Assembly: GCA_028276785.1 (NCBI GenBank)
Contig: JAPYVP010000014.1
Coordinates: 1 to 13,213 of the forward strand
Source of the DNA: Candidatus Nanopusillus sp.
Lineage (GTDB): Archaea > Nanobdellota > Nanobdellia > Nanobdellales > Nanobdellaceae
Direction of reading: 5' to 3'
Length of the DNA stretch: 13,213 bases
In this document: in pieces, positions 11,680 through 13,213 of the stretch
Layout: the number at the start of each line of letters is the position of its first letter
Position numbering within the stretch: position 1 is the stretch's first letter
Notes under the pieces: generated by a model
What the model saw: the letters and a program-made list of their open reading frames with translations, nothing else
What the model was told of the DNA's origin: nothing
The model's database searches: none
Position numbers and translations under genes: made by a program

Positions 11680-12772
11680 AAGAAATATTATATAATATTA
11701 AGATTAGCAATATTGTAGATATTAATAGAGTAATTTTTCTTGACTGCTTTTCATTTAAAAATATCTCCAATATAGATTTCATGGTTTTTCCTCCATCTAA
11801 TGGATATATTGGTATCATATTACCAATACCAAGTCCAATATTTATTACAAATAGCCAGAATAGTAATGATTCAAGGAAATCAATTCCTGGAACTTTATAA
11901 TCATATTCTTGTTTAGTTACAATTCCTATAAATGGTTTACCATCTTTATCTGATAATTCAATATTAAATAATCCCGCACTTGTATTTAATAAAACATATT
12001 CTCCAGGTTTTGTATTATTTAAAACCTTTTCAATTTGATTTATATATAATATTTGATTTCCATTGATAGAATATAAAATTGTATTATTTGGAATAACATT
12101 ATATGCATGTGTATCTGGGAGAGTATATAATATTTTTACATATGGTGTTGCTAGATTAAAAATAGAAATTAAATATGAATAAAGTAAAAATAAAAATAGA
12201 AAAATTAACCCAGCGATTATATTTATAGCAGAACCTGCACTGTATATTTTTATCTGTTCTTTTTTGTTTAATTTTTCTATTTCTTTTTCATCAGGTTCTA
12301 CAAAAGCACCAATCAAAGGTCCTAAATAGAAGAATCCCCAAGATTTTAAATCTAAATTATTTTTATACACTAAAATACCATGCGCAAGTTCGTGTATAAA
12401 TGCTGCTATAAAAATTGAAATTATTGTTTGTACTATAGGTAGTGTTATTGGACCATACGATACACCTGGCAATGCTGGAACATATGTTGGTGTTTTTGTT
12501 AAAATTCCAAAGAATAAGAAAAAAACAGCCAATATTATTAATATAGGACCTAAGATTAAGGACGATGTAGATAAAACCTTTGAAAATTTTGAATTAGAAA
12601 TATTCTTCATCATTTCTAATAGTTTTCTTGTCCTAAACATTCCATAAATAAATTTATAGTCAGTATTCTCTTTTTTAAAGATTTTTAAAAATATAAATAG
12701 TATATTAATAGCTAAAAAAATTATTAATATGCTAAGAATACCACTATTAGATATATATAAATCGTAGCTCAT
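11669..12772 (-). CDS. Site-2 protease, peptidase family M50, with internal PDZ-like segment
   Basis: HELAH zinc motif (FIHELAHGIL, 12380-12394) lies in a hydrophobic segment. The second M50 motif is GNMIPIYPLDGG. There are multiple TM segments, and a soluble middle region (ILYSINGNQI...GEYVLLNT) resembles a PDZ domain. Confidence 0.88.
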   Translation of the reverse strand: MSYDLYISNSGILSILIIFLAINILFIFLKIFKKENTDYKFIYGMFRTRKLLEMMKNISNSKFSKVLSTSSLILGPILIILAVFFLFFGILTKTPTYVPALPGVSYGPITLPIVQTIISIFIAAFIHELAHGILVYKNNLDLKSWGFFYLGPLIGAFVEPDEKEIEKLNKKEQIKIYSAGSAINIIAGLIFLFLFLLYSYLISIFNLATPYVKILYTLPDTHAYNVIPNNTILYSINGNQILYINQIEKVLNNTKPGEYVLLNTSAGLFNIELSDKDGKPFIGIVTKQEYDYKVPGIDFLESLLFWLFVINIGLGIGNMIPIYPLDGGKTMKSILEIFLNEKQSRKITLLISTILLILILYNISFIL

Positions 12773-12970
12773 TTACTTAGTTGTTTTTCCTGCTACTAAT
12801 GTAATCTCTGATTTCTTTGGTCTTAATGCTGTTGATTTACATTTTCTACATCTAACAAGTCCTGCTCTTACTTTATCAGGATTTGCTCTAATCCTAGCTC
12901 CACATTTTCTACATATAAATATTCTATCAAATTTTCTTGCTTTAATCTCTGGTAATAGGTTTGATGCCAT
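12773..12970 (-). CDS. rpl40e: 50S ribosomal protein L40e
   Basis: KARKFDRIFICRKCGARIRANPDKVRAGLVRCRKCKSTALRPKK has the L40e C-x-x-C ... C-x-x-C zinc ribbon with the ...LRPKK ending. A TATA-like TTATAAAT (complement of 12994-13001) lies 24-31 nt upstream of the ATG. Confidence 0.85.
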   Translation of the reverse strand: MASNLLPEIKARKFDRIFICRKCGARIRANPDKVRAGLVRCRKCKSTALRPKKSEITLVAGKTTK

Positions 12971-12995
12971 TATAGGAATAAATTATCAATAACAT

Positions 12996-13213
12996 TTATA
13001 ATAGTTTGTATTCTGCCATATTTATATATAAAGGACCCTGAGGTCTTAATATACTCTGTTTTATATAAAATCTATCTATCAAAATGTCATCAGATATATA
13101 TTTAGATAATTTTTCAATAGACTCTTTAAATTCCTTTTTATTTATTATCTCTTTTATTCTATATATTGTAATATGTGGGGAAAATTTATAATCCCTATCG
13201 ATTTTTATTTTAT
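12996..13213 (-). CDS. RNA 2',3'-cyclic phosphodiesterase / 2'-5' RNA ligase family (LigT/ThpR, 2H phosphoesterase), C-terminal part only; 5' end outside the window
   Basis: Hand translation of the minus strand from the window edge gives KIKIDRDYKFSPHITIYRIKEIINKKEFKESIEKLSKYISDDILIDRFYIKQSILRPQGPLYINMAEYKLL*, with the stop at 12996-12998. PHITI is the second H-x-T/S-x motif, and the ...S.L...GP.Y tail is typical of LigT. It is absent from the ORF track because it has no start codon in the window. Confidence 0.7.
   Translation of the reverse strand, partial: KIKIDRDYKFSPHITIYRIKEIINKKEFKESIEKLSKYISDDILIDRFYIKQSILRPQGPLYINMAEYKLL

Noticed and set aside
1-13213. CRISPR array or other regularly spaced repeats
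   Set aside because: I saw no repeat-spacer periodicity on either strand. The only repetitive DNA is the in-frame KE-coding tract at 6043-6106.

Overview
Very AT-rich (by eye about three-quarters A+T; not computed), tightly packed archaeal chromosome segment. Ribosomal proteins L14e, L34e and L40e, SecY, archaeal-type TrpRS and TATA-like boxes all point to Archaea. I support 16 protein-coding genes and 2 tRNAs. Two of the coding genes are cut by the window edges and one is a 55-aa small ORF; none of these three is in the supplied track.

Minus strand: tRNA-Ala(CGC), and a long co-directional run of 560-aa orphan, 681-aa EndoIV-like TIM barrel, secY, DUF106/YidC-like, rpl34e and rpl14e. Further along are a polytopic membrane protein, tRNA-Ser(CGA), rpl40e coupled to an M50 site-2 protease, and the 3' end of a LigT/ThpR 2H phosphoesterase.

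Plus strand: a 5'-truncated membrane-anchored protein, a DJ-1/PfpI-like protein lacking the catalytic Cys, and a tight trpS-truD-translin operon.

adk and cmk are missing from the secY/L34e/L14e cluster. Together with the low GC and GC-rich tRNAs, this fits a reduced, possibly thermophilic DPANN/Nanoarchaeota-like genome; that assignment is inference only.

The best candidate for something undescribed is the two-gene module at 3745-7497. It pairs a large helical protein (Lys/Glu-rich linker, C-terminal hydrophobic helix) with a protein carrying the full ordered endonuclease-IV-type metal-ligand motif set, split by a roughly 290-aa helical insertion. The module sits directly upstream of secY. 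I saw no CRISPR array, transposase, integrase or recognisable defence gene.
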